From: an uncultured Thermococci archaeon
GTDB lineage: Archaea; Methanobacteriota_B; Thermococci; Methanofastidiosales; B48-G16
Direction of reading: 5' to 3'
DNA: 64,000 nucleotides
Assembly (NCBI GenBank): GCA_964595645.1
Contig: CAZQQT010000005.1
Coordinates: forward strand, 64,001 to 128,000
Shown in pieces: positions 30,046 through 39,706 of this stretch (position 1 is the first letter of the stretch; every line of letters begins with the position of its first letter). Both the position numbers and the translations under genes were made by a program. The notes under the pieces are model-generated. The model searched no databases. It was not told the origin of the DNA and worked only from the letters and a program-made list of their open reading frames with translations.

Positions 30046-31466
30046 TTTCCCACCCCCACCATGATATCTTCAAATTTTGCTGAGGGGACGCCGTGTCCGA
30101 CGTGCGCCGCCTGTCCCGGCTGGCCTTTTCCACAGTTGGGAACACCCCACATATGCCAGTCGTTGCCGATAGCAACGAGATTTCTCCAGAATTCGTAGGT
30201 GATGCCCGTATACGTAGGATTCTTTACGAGATCCTTGAGCTCTCCATCTTCAATCGTATAGCCCAGCTCTGTGCCAAACTGGAAGTTCAACCGTTTATCA
30301 TCGATACTCCAACTTTTATTCGTCTCCACGTAGAGCCCCTCCTTAGTGTCTTCTATCAATTCTTCTTTTGAATAATCTCCGGGAGCCAGGTTGATATTGG
30401 TCATCCGGATGATAGGGATCTTGCTCCACCCATCTGCTCTCATAGTGCCGTTGCTCGTCTGGTCTATCTCATACGCCGTTTCTCGGGAGGTTAAGTACCC
30501 TGAGAACATACCGTTTTTCACAAGGTACACCTTTTGTGCCTTCACTCCTTCATCATCATAGCCAAAGGTCCCCAACCCTCCTTCTATTGTAGCATCGGCT
30601 GTGATGTTGACCAGATCACTTCCGTACCTAAATGTATTGAGCTTCTCCGTTGTTAAAAAACTCGTACCTGCGTAGTTGGCTTCGGTGCCAAACACTCTAT
30701 CAAGCTCGGTAGGGTGGCCACAGGACTCGTGTATCTGGAGTACCATCTGTGAGGAGTCCACCACCAGATCGGTCTTTTTCGATGGACACTGGTCCGCGTT
30801 CAGTAGCTGAACGGCTTCGTCGGCTACCCGTTCTGCATTTCCAGGGAGATTCAGTCCTTCGATAAACTCGTATCCTTCTGTATGGTAGTCACCGCCAAAT
30901 GAGGTAGGGTAACATCGCTTCTGCATCTCACCGGGTGTCGCAGCTATTGCGGTGATGCCACCTCCTACTTCCGTGATTTCTTGCTCGATGTGGGCGTTTT
31001 CTGTCGAGGCAAACGTCTTTTTTTCCCTCATTGTACGCATCGTTCCTTCTCTTACCGCAATTTTTTCTTTATCCATCCGTTTGACACATTCCATAAGAAG
31101 ATCAACTTTTTCTTCGGTGGCTACCTTAAATGGATCCTTTTTTATCTTCGTCTTATATGTATCCCGATATACTTCTGCGTCAGCGAGTTTCACGTCCTTT
31201 TTCTTTGCTTTGGCAGAAGCTTTGGCTATTTTTATAGCAAGTTTTGCTTTTTTCCTCACTTCATCCTTATTCATTTTCGATGAACTCGCGAATCCCCACG
31301 CACCATTGAGCAGAACACGAATGCCAAACCCCCTATCAACAATATCTTCAAGACGTTCTATTTTGCCATTTTTTACTTCTATGTTCTCCGTATGTCGTTC
31401 AACAGTTCGTATATCTCCATAGGCACCTTCTTTATTTACTGTTTTAAGAGCTTCTTTAATTACCAA
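30039..31466 (-). CDS. TldD-family metalloprotease
   Basis: QIHESCGHPTELDR, YDDEGV, RMTNINL, NCGKGQP; likely TTG start after AGGTGA. Confidence 0.94.
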   Translation of the reverse strand: MVIKEALKTVNKEGAYGDIRTVERHTENIEVKNGKIERLEDIVDRGFGIRVLLNGAWGFASSSKMNKDEVRKKAKLAIKIAKASAKAKKKDVKLADAEVYRDTYKTKIKKDPFKVATEEKVDLLMECVKRMDKEKIAVREGTMRTMREKKTFASTENAHIEQEITEVGGGITAIAATPGEMQKRCYPTSFGGDYHTEGYEFIEGLNLPGNAERVADEAVQLLNADQCPSKKTDLVVDSSQMVLQIHESCGHPTELDRVFGTEANYAGTSFLTTEKLNTFRYGSDLVNITADATIEGGLGTFGYDDEGVKAQKVYLVKNGMFSGYLTSRETAYEIDQTSNGTMRADGWSKIPIIRMTNINLAPGDYSKEELIEDTKEGLYVETNKSWSIDDKRLNFQFGTELGYTIEDGELKDLVKNPTYTGITYEFWRNLVAIGNDWHMWGVPNCGKGQPGQAAHVGHGVPSAKFEDIMVGVGKW

Positions 31467-31547
31467 TAGATCACCTTTTGCACTACTGTACATGTATCCT
31501 AACCGTAATATTTAAATTTTATCCCTCGTAGAGGATTTGGTGAGACA

Positions 31548-32660
31548 ATGAATGTGAAAAAGATACGAGAACAAATCCCTGCTCTTACAAAGCGTGTTCA
31601 CCTGAATTCAGCAGCGGTCGCACCCCTCTTTTCAGAAACAATCAGCGAAATTCAACATTTTCTGGACAGCAGGGGAACACGTGCGACGTTTGATTTTTCC
31701 GGCTGGCTAGAGAAAATAGAAGCGTGTAGAGAGAATATTGCTGAGCTTGTTAACGCGTCAAAGGAGGAAATTGCCTTCATGCTCAACACGTCTCAGGGAA
31801 TCAACACGGTGGCGAACATGATTGAGTGGGAAAAGGGAGACACGGTAATCACGTCGGATCTCGAGTTTCCTTCCAATAGTATCCCGTGGTATAACCTCAG
31901 AAAAAAAGGAGTCACGGTAAAAACAGTCAAGAATGTCAATGGTGAGATACGTATCGAGGATGTTGAAAAAATGATGGACGAAAATACTCGGATGGTCGCT
32001 TTCTCGTATGTACAGTTCGGTAACGGCTTTCGATGCGACTTAAAAGAAATTAAAACGCTATGCAATGAGTACAATGCCTTTCTGTTTACCGATGCAATTC
32101 AAGGGCTTGGTGCGGTAACATTTAATGTTAAGGAGATGGATATTGATTTTTTCTCAGCAGCTGCGTATAAATGGCTTATGGGCCCTCTAGGCGTTGGGAT
32201 CTTCTACATCAAGAAGGAACATCTCGAACGGTTCGATCCGCCGTGCATCGGCTGGCACTCACTGAAAAGAGAAGAAGATCAAGAAAAAGTGGGACTGGAA
32301 AGCATAGAATTTGCCGACTCTGCAAGAAAATTTGAGCCTGGAGGAAAGAGTTTCGCTCTCCTCATGGGACTTAAAAAATCGCTTGACATCCTCCTAGACA
32401 TCGGAATTGATGCAATTGAAAAACGCGTACTGAACCTCTCAAAATATGTACTCGACAATGTTGAGGATACACAAACGCCTTCCGAAGAAGCGAAACGGGC
32501 AGGTATTGTCAATATACCTCATCCCGATGCAGAAAAAACTGCAGAGCGACTGTGGGAGAAGAACATTCTCGTATCTCCAAGAATGAATGGAATACGTGTT
32601 TCTACACACTTTTGGAATACAACGAGAGATGTGGATGCGCTTTTAGAAGAACTGCAGTGA
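31548..32660 (+). CDS. Class V PLP-dependent aminotransferase-fold enzyme
   Basis: HLNSAA, NTSQG, DLEFPS, DAIQGLG, YKWLMGP, RVSTHFWN; no desulfurase Cys loop. Confidence 0.9.
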   Translation: MNVKKIREQIPALTKRVHLNSAAVAPLFSETISEIQHFLDSRGTRATFDFSGWLEKIEACRENIAELVNASKEEIAFMLNTSQGINTVANMIEWEKGDTVITSDLEFPSNSIPWYNLRKKGVTVKTVKNVNGEIRIEDVEKMMDENTRMVAFSYVQFGNGFRCDLKEIKTLCNEYNAFLFTDAIQGLGAVTFNVKEMDIDFFSAAAYKWLMGPLGVGIFYIKKEHLERFDPPCIGWHSLKREEDQEKVGLESIEFADSARKFEPGGKSFALLMGLKKSLDILLDIGIDAIEKRVLNLSKYVLDNVEDTQTPSEEAKRAGIVNIPHPDAEKTAERLWEKNILVSPRMNGIRVSTHFWNTTRDVDALLEELQ

Positions 32661-32665
32661 ACTCA

Positions 32666-34351
32666 ATGCTCTTTGAACTTAAGGGGAAGGATGGTCTTGG
32701 GAGAATAGGGAAACTCACCATCAATGGAAGAACAATTGAGACGCCGGCGCTTATGCCCGTGATAAATCCCAACTTGCCATTAATAACCCCGGAAGAGATG
32801 AAAGAACATTTTGGTACAGATATTGTTATAACAAACGCCTATATTCTTTACAAGTCTTTTGACGTGACAGAGATCCATGATTTTTTGAATTTTGATGATA
32901 TTGTGGTCACAGACTCCGGAAGCTTTCAATTAATGCAGTATGGAGATATTGATGTCTCGAATCGGGAAATCATCGAGTACCAAAATGATATAGGCGTTGA
33001 TGTTGCCACATTTCTCGATATTCCCACGAAACCAAATGTTCCCTATGATAAGGCAAGAGAAGAGCTGCATACAACGATAGAGAGAGCGGAAGAGGCGAGA
33101 ATTCTGCGAGATGGTGAATTAAACGGGACAGTGCAGGGTTCTACCTACTTCGATTTACGTGAGTACGCTGCTCGACGAATGAGCATGTACGACTTTGATA
33201 TTTATCCTATTGGTGCTGTCGTCCCGCTCCTCATGGAGTATGATTTCTCAACGCTCGTCCACATAATCCTCACATGTAAGAAACATCTCCCTATCCACAG
33301 ACCTGTACACCTTTTTGGCGCGGGCCATCCGCTGGTACTGGCACTCTCTGTGCTTCTCGGCTGCGATCTTTTTGACTCCGCGGCTTACGCATTATATGCA
33401 AAGGATGACAGGTACCTCACACCGTACGGAACAAAAAAGTTGAATGAAATGAAGTATCTCCCCTGCTCCTGTCCCATATGTTCACAGTACACCTTAGAGG
33501 AGCTAAAAATTTCCGAGGAAAAGATAAAGCTTCTAGCTCTCCACAACCTCTACGTGACCTACGAAGAGATTAATAAAATAAAAGAGTGCATCCATGAAAC
33601 AACCCTCTGGGACTTTGTGGAATCAAGAATACGGAATCATCCCCGGCTTTACTACGCGTATAACGAAATTCAGACGTACCAAGACTTTATTACTATGGTC
33701 GATCCACTTCTCAAGAAAACACCTCTTTCCTATACAGGCGAAGAAACGAAGAGGAGACCAGTTGTTAAAGAGATAAAAAAGCGGCTGGAGAGAGTTTCCA
33801 AAAAACGTGATGCACGCAACGATCTTTTTGAGTACCCTTCCGCACTTGCATTTACCTTTCCCTTTAACCTCGCGACAGATAGGTCCTCAGAGTTCGATCA
33901 GGACACCGAATCCCTCGAAATAATACTGGATTATCAGTTTGGCAACGGTACGGGAAAAGAGTTTTTGGAAGGAACAACAGTGCAAAGAAGCGCAAAAACA
34001 CAGAGAATTCGATATGTCTATGGAGACAAACTTCTAGCGACTTTGAGGGCACGGGACAATCTGTTTACCTTTACGCACATCGGCGCACAGCGGCTTCATC
34101 GTATTCTAAAATATCCATATTACAGAGTGATGGCATCCTATGAGGCGGCACCTTTTGTGAAGGAAGGAAGAGATCTCCTCACAAAGTTTGCTATTTCATG
34201 GGATACCCATCTGCGCCCCTATGAAGAGGTGCTGGTAGTGGATGCGGATGACACCCTTCTTGGTACAGGAACGCTGGTACTTTCACCTATAGAAATGGAA
34301 CGTTTTGAGAGAGGAGTTGCGGTAAAAATGAGAACAGGGGTAGAATTATAA
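32666..34351 (+). CDS. tgtA: tRNA-guanine(15) transglycosylase
   Basis: ETPALMPVINP, TDSGSFQ, HLFGAGHP, DLFDSAAY, CSCPIC zinc site, C-terminal PUA domain. Confidence 0.96.
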   Translation: MLFELKGKDGLGRIGKLTINGRTIETPALMPVINPNLPLITPEEMKEHFGTDIVITNAYILYKSFDVTEIHDFLNFDDIVVTDSGSFQLMQYGDIDVSNREIIEYQNDIGVDVATFLDIPTKPNVPYDKAREELHTTIERAEEARILRDGELNGTVQGSTYFDLREYAARRMSMYDFDIYPIGAVVPLLMEYDFSTLVHIILTCKKHLPIHRPVHLFGAGHPLVLALSVLLGCDLFDSAAYALYAKDDRYLTPYGTKKLNEMKYLPCSCPICSQYTLEELKISEEKIKLLALHNLYVTYEEINKIKECIHETTLWDFVESRIRNHPRLYYAYNEIQTYQDFITMVDPLLKKTPLSYTGEETKRRPVVKEIKKRLERVSKKRDARNDLFEYPSALAFTFPFNLATDRSSEFDQDTESLEIILDYQFGNGTGKEFLEGTTVQRSAKTQRIRYVYGDKLLATLRARDNLFTFTHIGAQRLHRILKYPYYRVMASYEAAPFVKEGRDLLTKFAISWDTHLRPYEEVLVVDADDTLLGTGTLVLSPIEMERFERGVAVKMRTGVEL

Positions 34352-35236
34352 AAGATCGCTCTCTTGGAGCACTTTCAATTCGTCTACAGTGAGTTTCTTT
34401 CCCCGCTTAAACTTTTCATAAATTTCTTCTCCATGCTTTTTGAGTTTTTCTTTTTTCTTTTCTTCTTTCTTTGCTCTTTTTCGTAGCTTTTTTACCTGTT
34501 TTTTCGCTTTTATTTCTTTTATTTTGTCGGATGTTTCGTTTATTTTTCTTATCGTTTCTCGCAACTCTTCATAGTATTCATCAAGCTTTTTATTCTCTTC
34601 AATGAGTTCTTCATGGTATTTATCTGCAACTTCTTTGATTTCCTTCGCCCTGTCAAAGTAGTAAATCATTCTTTCATGATGTTTTTTAGATTTTTCAGCT
34701 CTTTTTACTACTTCTTTGTGGCATTTGTTCACTCTTTTTCTCACTTTTTGAATATTTCTCTTTACATCTTTGAGTTTCATCTCTGCTTCCATGCCTTCTT
34801 CGCTTATCTTGTGTTTTTCCTTGAGACTTCGTATCTTGTCGACGATCTGTTTTTCCTTTTCGAGTTTCATTACCGTTGTTTCTAGTTTCCATTCCAATCG
34901 CTCTATCGTTTTTATTACTTGTTCTGGTGGCATTTTAAAGTCTTTAAAGCTTTTATTTCTCTTTTCCTTGAGTTTTTTCGCTTTTTCTTTGAGTTCATCC
35001 AATTTTTCTCTCTCTTTATCTCGTTTTTCTTTAAATTCCGCTACTTCCTCGTTTATGCGGTCCCTCTCTTTTTTTTCCTTTTTTCCCTTTTTTATGAGGT
35101 CGGAGAATTTTTTATTTTCTTTGTCTCTCTTTTTTTTGAGTTCCTTGGTTTCTTTCATTAAGTCGTCCTTTATTTTTTGCAATTCTCTTTCTTTCTTTTT
35201 AAGAGAGGCGAGTTCTTTTTTCAGCTGTCCAATCAA
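34346..35236 (-). CDS. Archaeal coiled-coil protein (COG1340-like)
   Basis: Lys/Glu-rich heptads, IERLEW..ET, C-terminal FKRGKKLTVDEL; TTG after GGAGGAG. Confidence 0.85.
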   Translation of the reverse strand: MIGQLKKELASLKKKERELQKIKDDLMKETKELKKKRDKENKKFSDLIKKGKKEKKERDRINEEVAEFKEKRDKEREKLDELKEKAKKLKEKRNKSFKDFKMPPEQVIKTIERLEWKLETTVMKLEKEKQIVDKIRSLKEKHKISEEGMEAEMKLKDVKRNIQKVRKRVNKCHKEVVKRAEKSKKHHERMIYYFDRAKEIKEVADKYHEELIEENKKLDEYYEELRETIRKINETSDKIKEIKAKKQVKKLRKRAKKEEKKKEKLKKHGEEIYEKFKRGKKLTVDELKVLQESDLL

Positions 35237-35312
35237 CGTATCTCCTCCGTGCCTTTCACACAACCATTTAATGGGGTGGCATTTATAAAGTTTATCTGTC
35301 TAATACACTGGT

Positions 35313-35681
35313 GTGAAGAATGTTTTTATAAGGGTTTCGATCTTCAATACGGTATATTTTCTCGTAGGTGCGGCAATAATTTATATTTTAGGTCTTAGCC
35401 CATATTTTTTGGCACCTCTGGCAGTAGTTATATTATTTTGGGCTTATTACAGTTATAAGATGAATATTCAGGCATTAGAAAAAGCGGATGAACTGGGTAT
35501 GGAAGGGAAGAGAGCCATTGTAGTAGAGACGATCGATCCCTACGGTACAGTAAAAATTGGAAACGAGTACTGGAAGGCTTACGCAGATACTCCAATAGTC
35601 GAGGGAACAAACGTGAAAGTTATTAGGAGTGAGGGACTAACACTTGTCGTGGGCGCCGTGAACAACAGCTCAATCGATTAA
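35313..35681 (+). CDS. NfeD-family protein (short form)
   Basis: Two TMs then G.VKIGNEYWKA and VIRSEGLTLVV OB-fold. Confidence 0.88.
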   Translation: MKNVFIRVSIFNTVYFLVGAAIIYILGLSPYFLAPLAVVILFWAYYSYKMNIQALEKADELGMEGKRAIVVETIDPYGTVKIGNEYWKAYADTPIVEGTNVKVIRSEGLTLVVGAVNNSSID

Positions 35682-35738
35682 AGAGAATTCGGATATTCGT
35701 TTAATGTAGTACATATCTCTCCCCGGATGGTTTCTTCG

Positions 35739-36592
35739 TCATTCACTTTGAATTTTGTCCAGCGCCTCTCGTGCCGCTTCCACATTGACATCTCCATCAT
35801 GGAGTGCGGACATCATTACAGAGATTTCATCTCCCACGCCGTACGCTGTAGCGATAAGCGGCCCAAGATATTTGAAATACAGAGAATCTTGTGTGAGTCT
35901 CTCTAGGGCTTTGCTGTAGAGGGTAAACTCACTCGGTTCCCCATAGGTGGTAAAGAACCATGGCGTACCACCATGCACTCTTCCTTCAAACAACGTTCCC
36001 TTTTCATTATATAAACTTAATTTACAGTTTATGTTGGTCCCATACGCATCAATGGAGGAGTAATACCCACCTTTTTCTTCCTTGTACTCTACTGTAAGTG
36101 TTGCATCATAGTCCTTATCCGAAACCTCAAACTCGATCCCTTCCAACCTCTTTTTCACCGCCACGTAGATATTATATGGTTCTTTTCCCTCCCTGCAGGT
36201 AGAGGAAGAGGTAACCTTGAGTTTAATTGTTACACCTATCGTTACAGCAATATGGACCTCATCAGTTCCCGACAATCCATCACTATCTACAACAGTCAGC
36301 GTGATAGTGTAGGGTCCTCCTTGGCATACACATGGGTCACCGTCTCCCCGGAAGCGGTGGTTCCATCACCGAAATTCCACTCGTACGAGACAATTGATCC
36401 ATCGGGATCAGCGGAGTCCTTCGCACTGAATATGATAACTTCGTTTATCGCTATTGAATCCGAGGAAACTCCTATTTGTGCAGTTGGTCACTCCTTCTCT
36501 GGAGGTTGCGGAGATTGTTCCATACATCCAGAGAACATGAGGAGGACCATACAGATCAAAGCCAGTGTGAGACTCTTGTGAAGAATACCCAA
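35739..36592 (-). pseudogene. Disrupted PKD-domain lipoprotein with C-terminal HEAT-like helix
   Basis: TTG36592 reads ..LLMFSGCME (lipobox); in-frame TGA at 36490-36488; DSADPDGSIVSYEWNFGDG; frameshift near 36315 into YTITLTVVDSDG, then ORF 35739-36275. Confidence 0.85.
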
Positions 36593-36630
36593 TCCCCCTT
36601 ATTATCCTTTGTTCTAGGGTCCTTTGGTGG

Positions 36631-36864
36631 TCATTCCGTTTTCATGCCCACCTTAAGGATGACAGGTGCCAAGACTGCCATGAGTACCAGTACCCAGATG
36701 ACGCCGCCAATCAACGCCCATGAAACTTCGTTCAGTCCAAATGTTCCCTGCAGATCTGCAAAATACTCGCCGAGTGTAAGCACGTAAAGAGTCACCGCCA
36801 GCAACATACCTCCTATGCACAGAACGTATCCAAGCCCCGTGAGTTTTCTCCTTTTTTCTGCCAT
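36631..36864 (-). CDS. Small two-TM membrane protein
   Basis: Two hydrophobic helices, GGGGGA SD, co-oriented with neighbours. Confidence 0.7.
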   Translation of the reverse strand: MAEKRRKLTGLGYVLCIGGMLLAVTLYVLTLGEYFADLQGTFGLNEVSWALIGGVIWVLVLMAVLAPVILKVGMKTE

Positions 36865-36875
36865 GGTTCCCCCAT

Positions 36876-37583
36876 TTAAAACTCAAACCGAGGTCCCATT
36901 CCACTCCAGTTGCATTGGGTGCAGGTGTATCTGAAGGTGCTGGGCGAGCTCGTAGACGTCCAAGTCATGACTCCGTCACACCGTGTGTTGCCACATCTCG
37001 GTTTTGCCCATTCGCACTGGGTACAGTGGTAGGTGTTGATGTACGGGCTGACCGATGATCCCTTTAGTTCCTCTACAGAACTTCCACACTCAGGACATGT
37101 TTTATCAGTTTTCTTTCCAGGATAGTTCTCCCAGTTCTCATTGAGCAAGTTCTCAAAAATAGATTCATCCTTTGCAGTTTTTCTTAGAGCATTGATTCCT
37201 TTTAGAGCAGCATTCTTGGACATGTGAGCGGGAGTAGTGTATTCATCTCGCAGAGAACGGATCGCGTAGTCTATTCCATCTAACTCCCAGAAGGCCTTGG
37301 CGGCATTCATTCTGACCTCTCCGATACCATCTGCCAACCGATTTGCCAACTCGAACCATACACCAATAGCTCTTATCTCCTGCCGGACTACCGCAGATAT
37401 GATTGCATTTCTCACCTTATAATCCCAATGTTTTAGTAGTTCCATGGTCAGCTCTATCTTTTTTTCATCTGAGGCCTGTGAAAGTTGGGTGATTGCATCC
37501 TCGCCTGATTCAATCGTCTTTCTTTCCTTTTTTTCATCCTTCTTTTTAAATTTATCAAATATCCCTATTTTGCTCACCTCCAT
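36876..37583 (-). CDS. HEAT-repeat plus zinc-ribbon protein
   Basis: VRNAII and VRMNAAKA HEAT-like repeats; CPECG, CTQC, CGNTRC, CTQC. Confidence 0.75.
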   Translation of the reverse strand: MEVSKIGIFDKFKKKDEKKERKTIESGEDAITQLSQASDEKKIELTMELLKHWDYKVRNAIISAVVRQEIRAIGVWFELANRLADGIGEVRMNAAKAFWELDGIDYAIRSLRDEYTTPAHMSKNAALKGINALRKTAKDESIFENLLNENWENYPGKKTDKTCPECGSSVEELKGSSVSPYINTYHCTQCEWAKPRCGNTRCDGVMTWTSTSSPSTFRYTCTQCNWSGMGPRFEF

Positions 37584-37968
37584 CTTTACTTCCTTTAGAA
37601 TTTAGGTAGACTTTCCTCAAGATAATCATCTTTTAATTATATATGCATTATCTTATAGGTGTACTTTATACTATACTATTTATGATAAAAATTGTTATAA
37701 ATACTTTTCTGTTTAATGAATATACCTTATCTTAAGTTTACTATAGAGTGCTTTCATTTGTTCATTCTTGAAATAAAGTTTTTTAAGAACATATAACAAA
37801 AAAAGAACTAAAATGATATTTTCATGAGCACCACTTCAATAGAAACTGATGATAGCAGTGAAACAAGGTATGAGATGATAACCTTAAATAGCCCTTTTGA
37901 AAAAGAGATATAATCATACGAAGGAAGAGGAAGGAGGAGTTAGACTACCACTTTGAGTTTCATTGTAG

Positions 37969-38499
37969 GTGTTGAGAATGATAGAGGGTGAGAAGGTTGT
38001 ATTGAGAGCCTTGGAAAAGGACGATATCGAAAACTGCTGGAGATGGGTCAATGATCCGAAGATTACAGAAGGTCTCACCATGATTTTCCCCATATCAAAA
38101 TATGAAGAGGAACAATGGTATGAAGGCTATATCAAGAACAATAAAGATAAAATATTTGCTATCGAAGTAGAAGGTGAACATATAGGGAATATAGGACTCC
38201 ATGGCATCGACTGGGTAAATAGAAAAGCTGAACTCGGGATCATGATCGGTGAGAAGGAATACTGGGGGGAAGGATACGGTACCGATGCGATTACCACATT
38301 ATTACGATACGCATTTACTAGAATGAACCTTCATAGAGTACAGCTGCGGGTGTTTGAGTACAATGAACGAGCCATCCGGTGCTACAAAAAATGCGGCTTT
38401 ACAGAGGAGGGGGTCATGCGGGATGACAGGTTTAAGGATGGTATGTACCACAACACCATTTTTATGAGCATTCTTCGGAGTGAGTTCGATGAGATATGA
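37969..38499 (+). CDS. GNAT (RimJ/RimL-like) N-acetyltransferase
   Basis: AELGIMIGEKEYWGEGYG, NERAIRCYKKCGF.EEG. Confidence 0.93.
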   Translation: MLRMIEGEKVVLRALEKDDIENCWRWVNDPKITEGLTMIFPISKYEEEQWYEGYIKNNKDKIFAIEVEGEHIGNIGLHGIDWVNRKAELGIMIGEKEYWGEGYGTDAITTLLRYAFTRMNLHRVQLRVFEYNERAIRCYKKCGFTEEGVMRDDRFKDGMYHNTIFMSILRSEFDEI

Positions 38500-39706
38500 G
38501 GATTTTGTTCATCCTGAGTATGAACCAGAGAATGATCTCATCTGTGAGTACGCCATAGAATCGAGCGAGCCTTTTAAAAGGGCAGCTGGTGCAGTGGCGG
38601 CGGAATCGAGCATAGGGACGTGGGATCCCAACCTCACCACAATGAAACCAAGAATTGAGAAACTTGGAGCCAAAGTCTTTGCAATCGATGGAGACACTGT
38701 GAAAATTGCGTACCCTTTGGATCTATTTGAACTTTCGAATGTCTCGCAAATATTCTCTTCAATTGCAGGAAATGTCTTTGGCATGGATGTTGTGGATAAT
38801 CTCCGTCTTCTCGATGTGACGATTCCCGATCAGATGTTGCAGAAGTATCGAGGACCGCGTTTTGGTATTTTCGGTGTGCGAAAGCTGCTGAACGTGAAAA
38901 AACGACCGCTCACCGGCACAATTGTGAAACCTAAACTGGGATTGAATCCTGAGGAACACAGCACTACTGCTTATAATGCGTGGGTCGGTGGCATAGATCT
39001 CGTGAAGGATGACGAAAATCTTACCAACATGACATTCAGTAAGTTTGAGGAGAGAGTGACCAAAACTCTTGAGATGCAGGATCGTGCGGAGGAAGAAACA
39101 GGAGAAAAAAAGGCGTATATGCCCAACATTACCGCACCATATAAAAAAATGAGAAAAAGAGCGGATTTCGTAGCTGATATGGGTGGAAAATATGTGATGG
39201 TGGATATCCTCACTGTGGGATGGTCCGCCTTCCAGGAGATTGCAAAATATACGAAGCTTGCCATCCATGGACATAGGGCGATGCATGCTACGTTCACACG
39301 AAATGAACTACACGGTATCCGGATGATTGTGATTGCGAAGTTTGCACGGCTTCTCGGTGCCGATCAGCTACATACAGGAGGAGTTGTCGGTAAAATGGAA
39401 GGAGAGAAAGAAGAAATTGTGGAGATCAATAACGCACTGTGTTCGGGGAGTATGAAGAAGACCTTTCCAGTAGCATCAGGTGGACTTCATCCTGGCTGCG
39501 TTGAAAAGCTTATCGACGTTCTCGGCACAGACATTGTGATTCAGGCCGGCGGCGGCATTCACGCTCACCCACAGGGAAGCAAACATGGAGCACGAGCGAT
39601 GAGACAGGCTGTTGATGGGGTGATGAATGGGTACTCACTGAAAGACTATGCAGCAGATCATGGAGAACTTCAGAGAGCCATAGAGCGATGGGGAGTGGTG
39701 AAGTGA
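38489..39706 (+). CDS. rbcL: Form III RuBisCO large subunit
   Basis: AAESSIGTW, GTIVKPKLG, DLVKDDENL, HGHRAMHA, QLHTG, GKMEG, SGGLHP, QAGGGIHAHP; catalytic residues present. Confidence 0.96.
   Translation: MRYEDFVHPEYEPENDLICEYAIESSEPFKRAAGAVAAESSIGTWDPNLTTMKPRIEKLGAKVFAIDGDTVKIAYPLDLFELSNVSQIFSSIAGNVFGMDVVDNLRLLDVTIPDQMLQKYRGPRFGIFGVRKLLNVKKRPLTGTIVKPKLGLNPEEHSTTAYNAWVGGIDLVKDDENLTNMTFSKFEERVTKTLEMQDRAEEETGEKKAYMPNITAPYKKMRKRADFVADMGGKYVMVDILTVGWSAFQEIAKYTKLAIHGHRAMHATFTRNELHGIRMIVIAKFARLLGADQLHTGGVVGKMEGEKEEIVEINNALCSGSMKKTFPVASGGLHPGCVEKLIDVLGTDIVIQAGGGIHAHPQGSKHGARAMRQAVDGVMNGYSLKDYAADHGELQRAIERWGVVK

Noticed and set aside
32552-32665. Extended N-termini called for tgtA (also topA, rnp4, hydantoinase A, vapB and the pmbA at 27419)
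   Set aside because: The extensions overlap neighbouring genes or promoters; downstream starts match family N-termini.
36488-36490. In-frame TGA as selenocysteine
   Set aside because: It lies in a linker rather than a redox motif, the same gene also has a frameshift, and no SECIS-like hairpin is evident.
37590-37960. AT-rich intergenic region as replication origin
   Set aside because: No ORB-like repeats and no adjacent cdc6/orc1; explained by divergent promoters.
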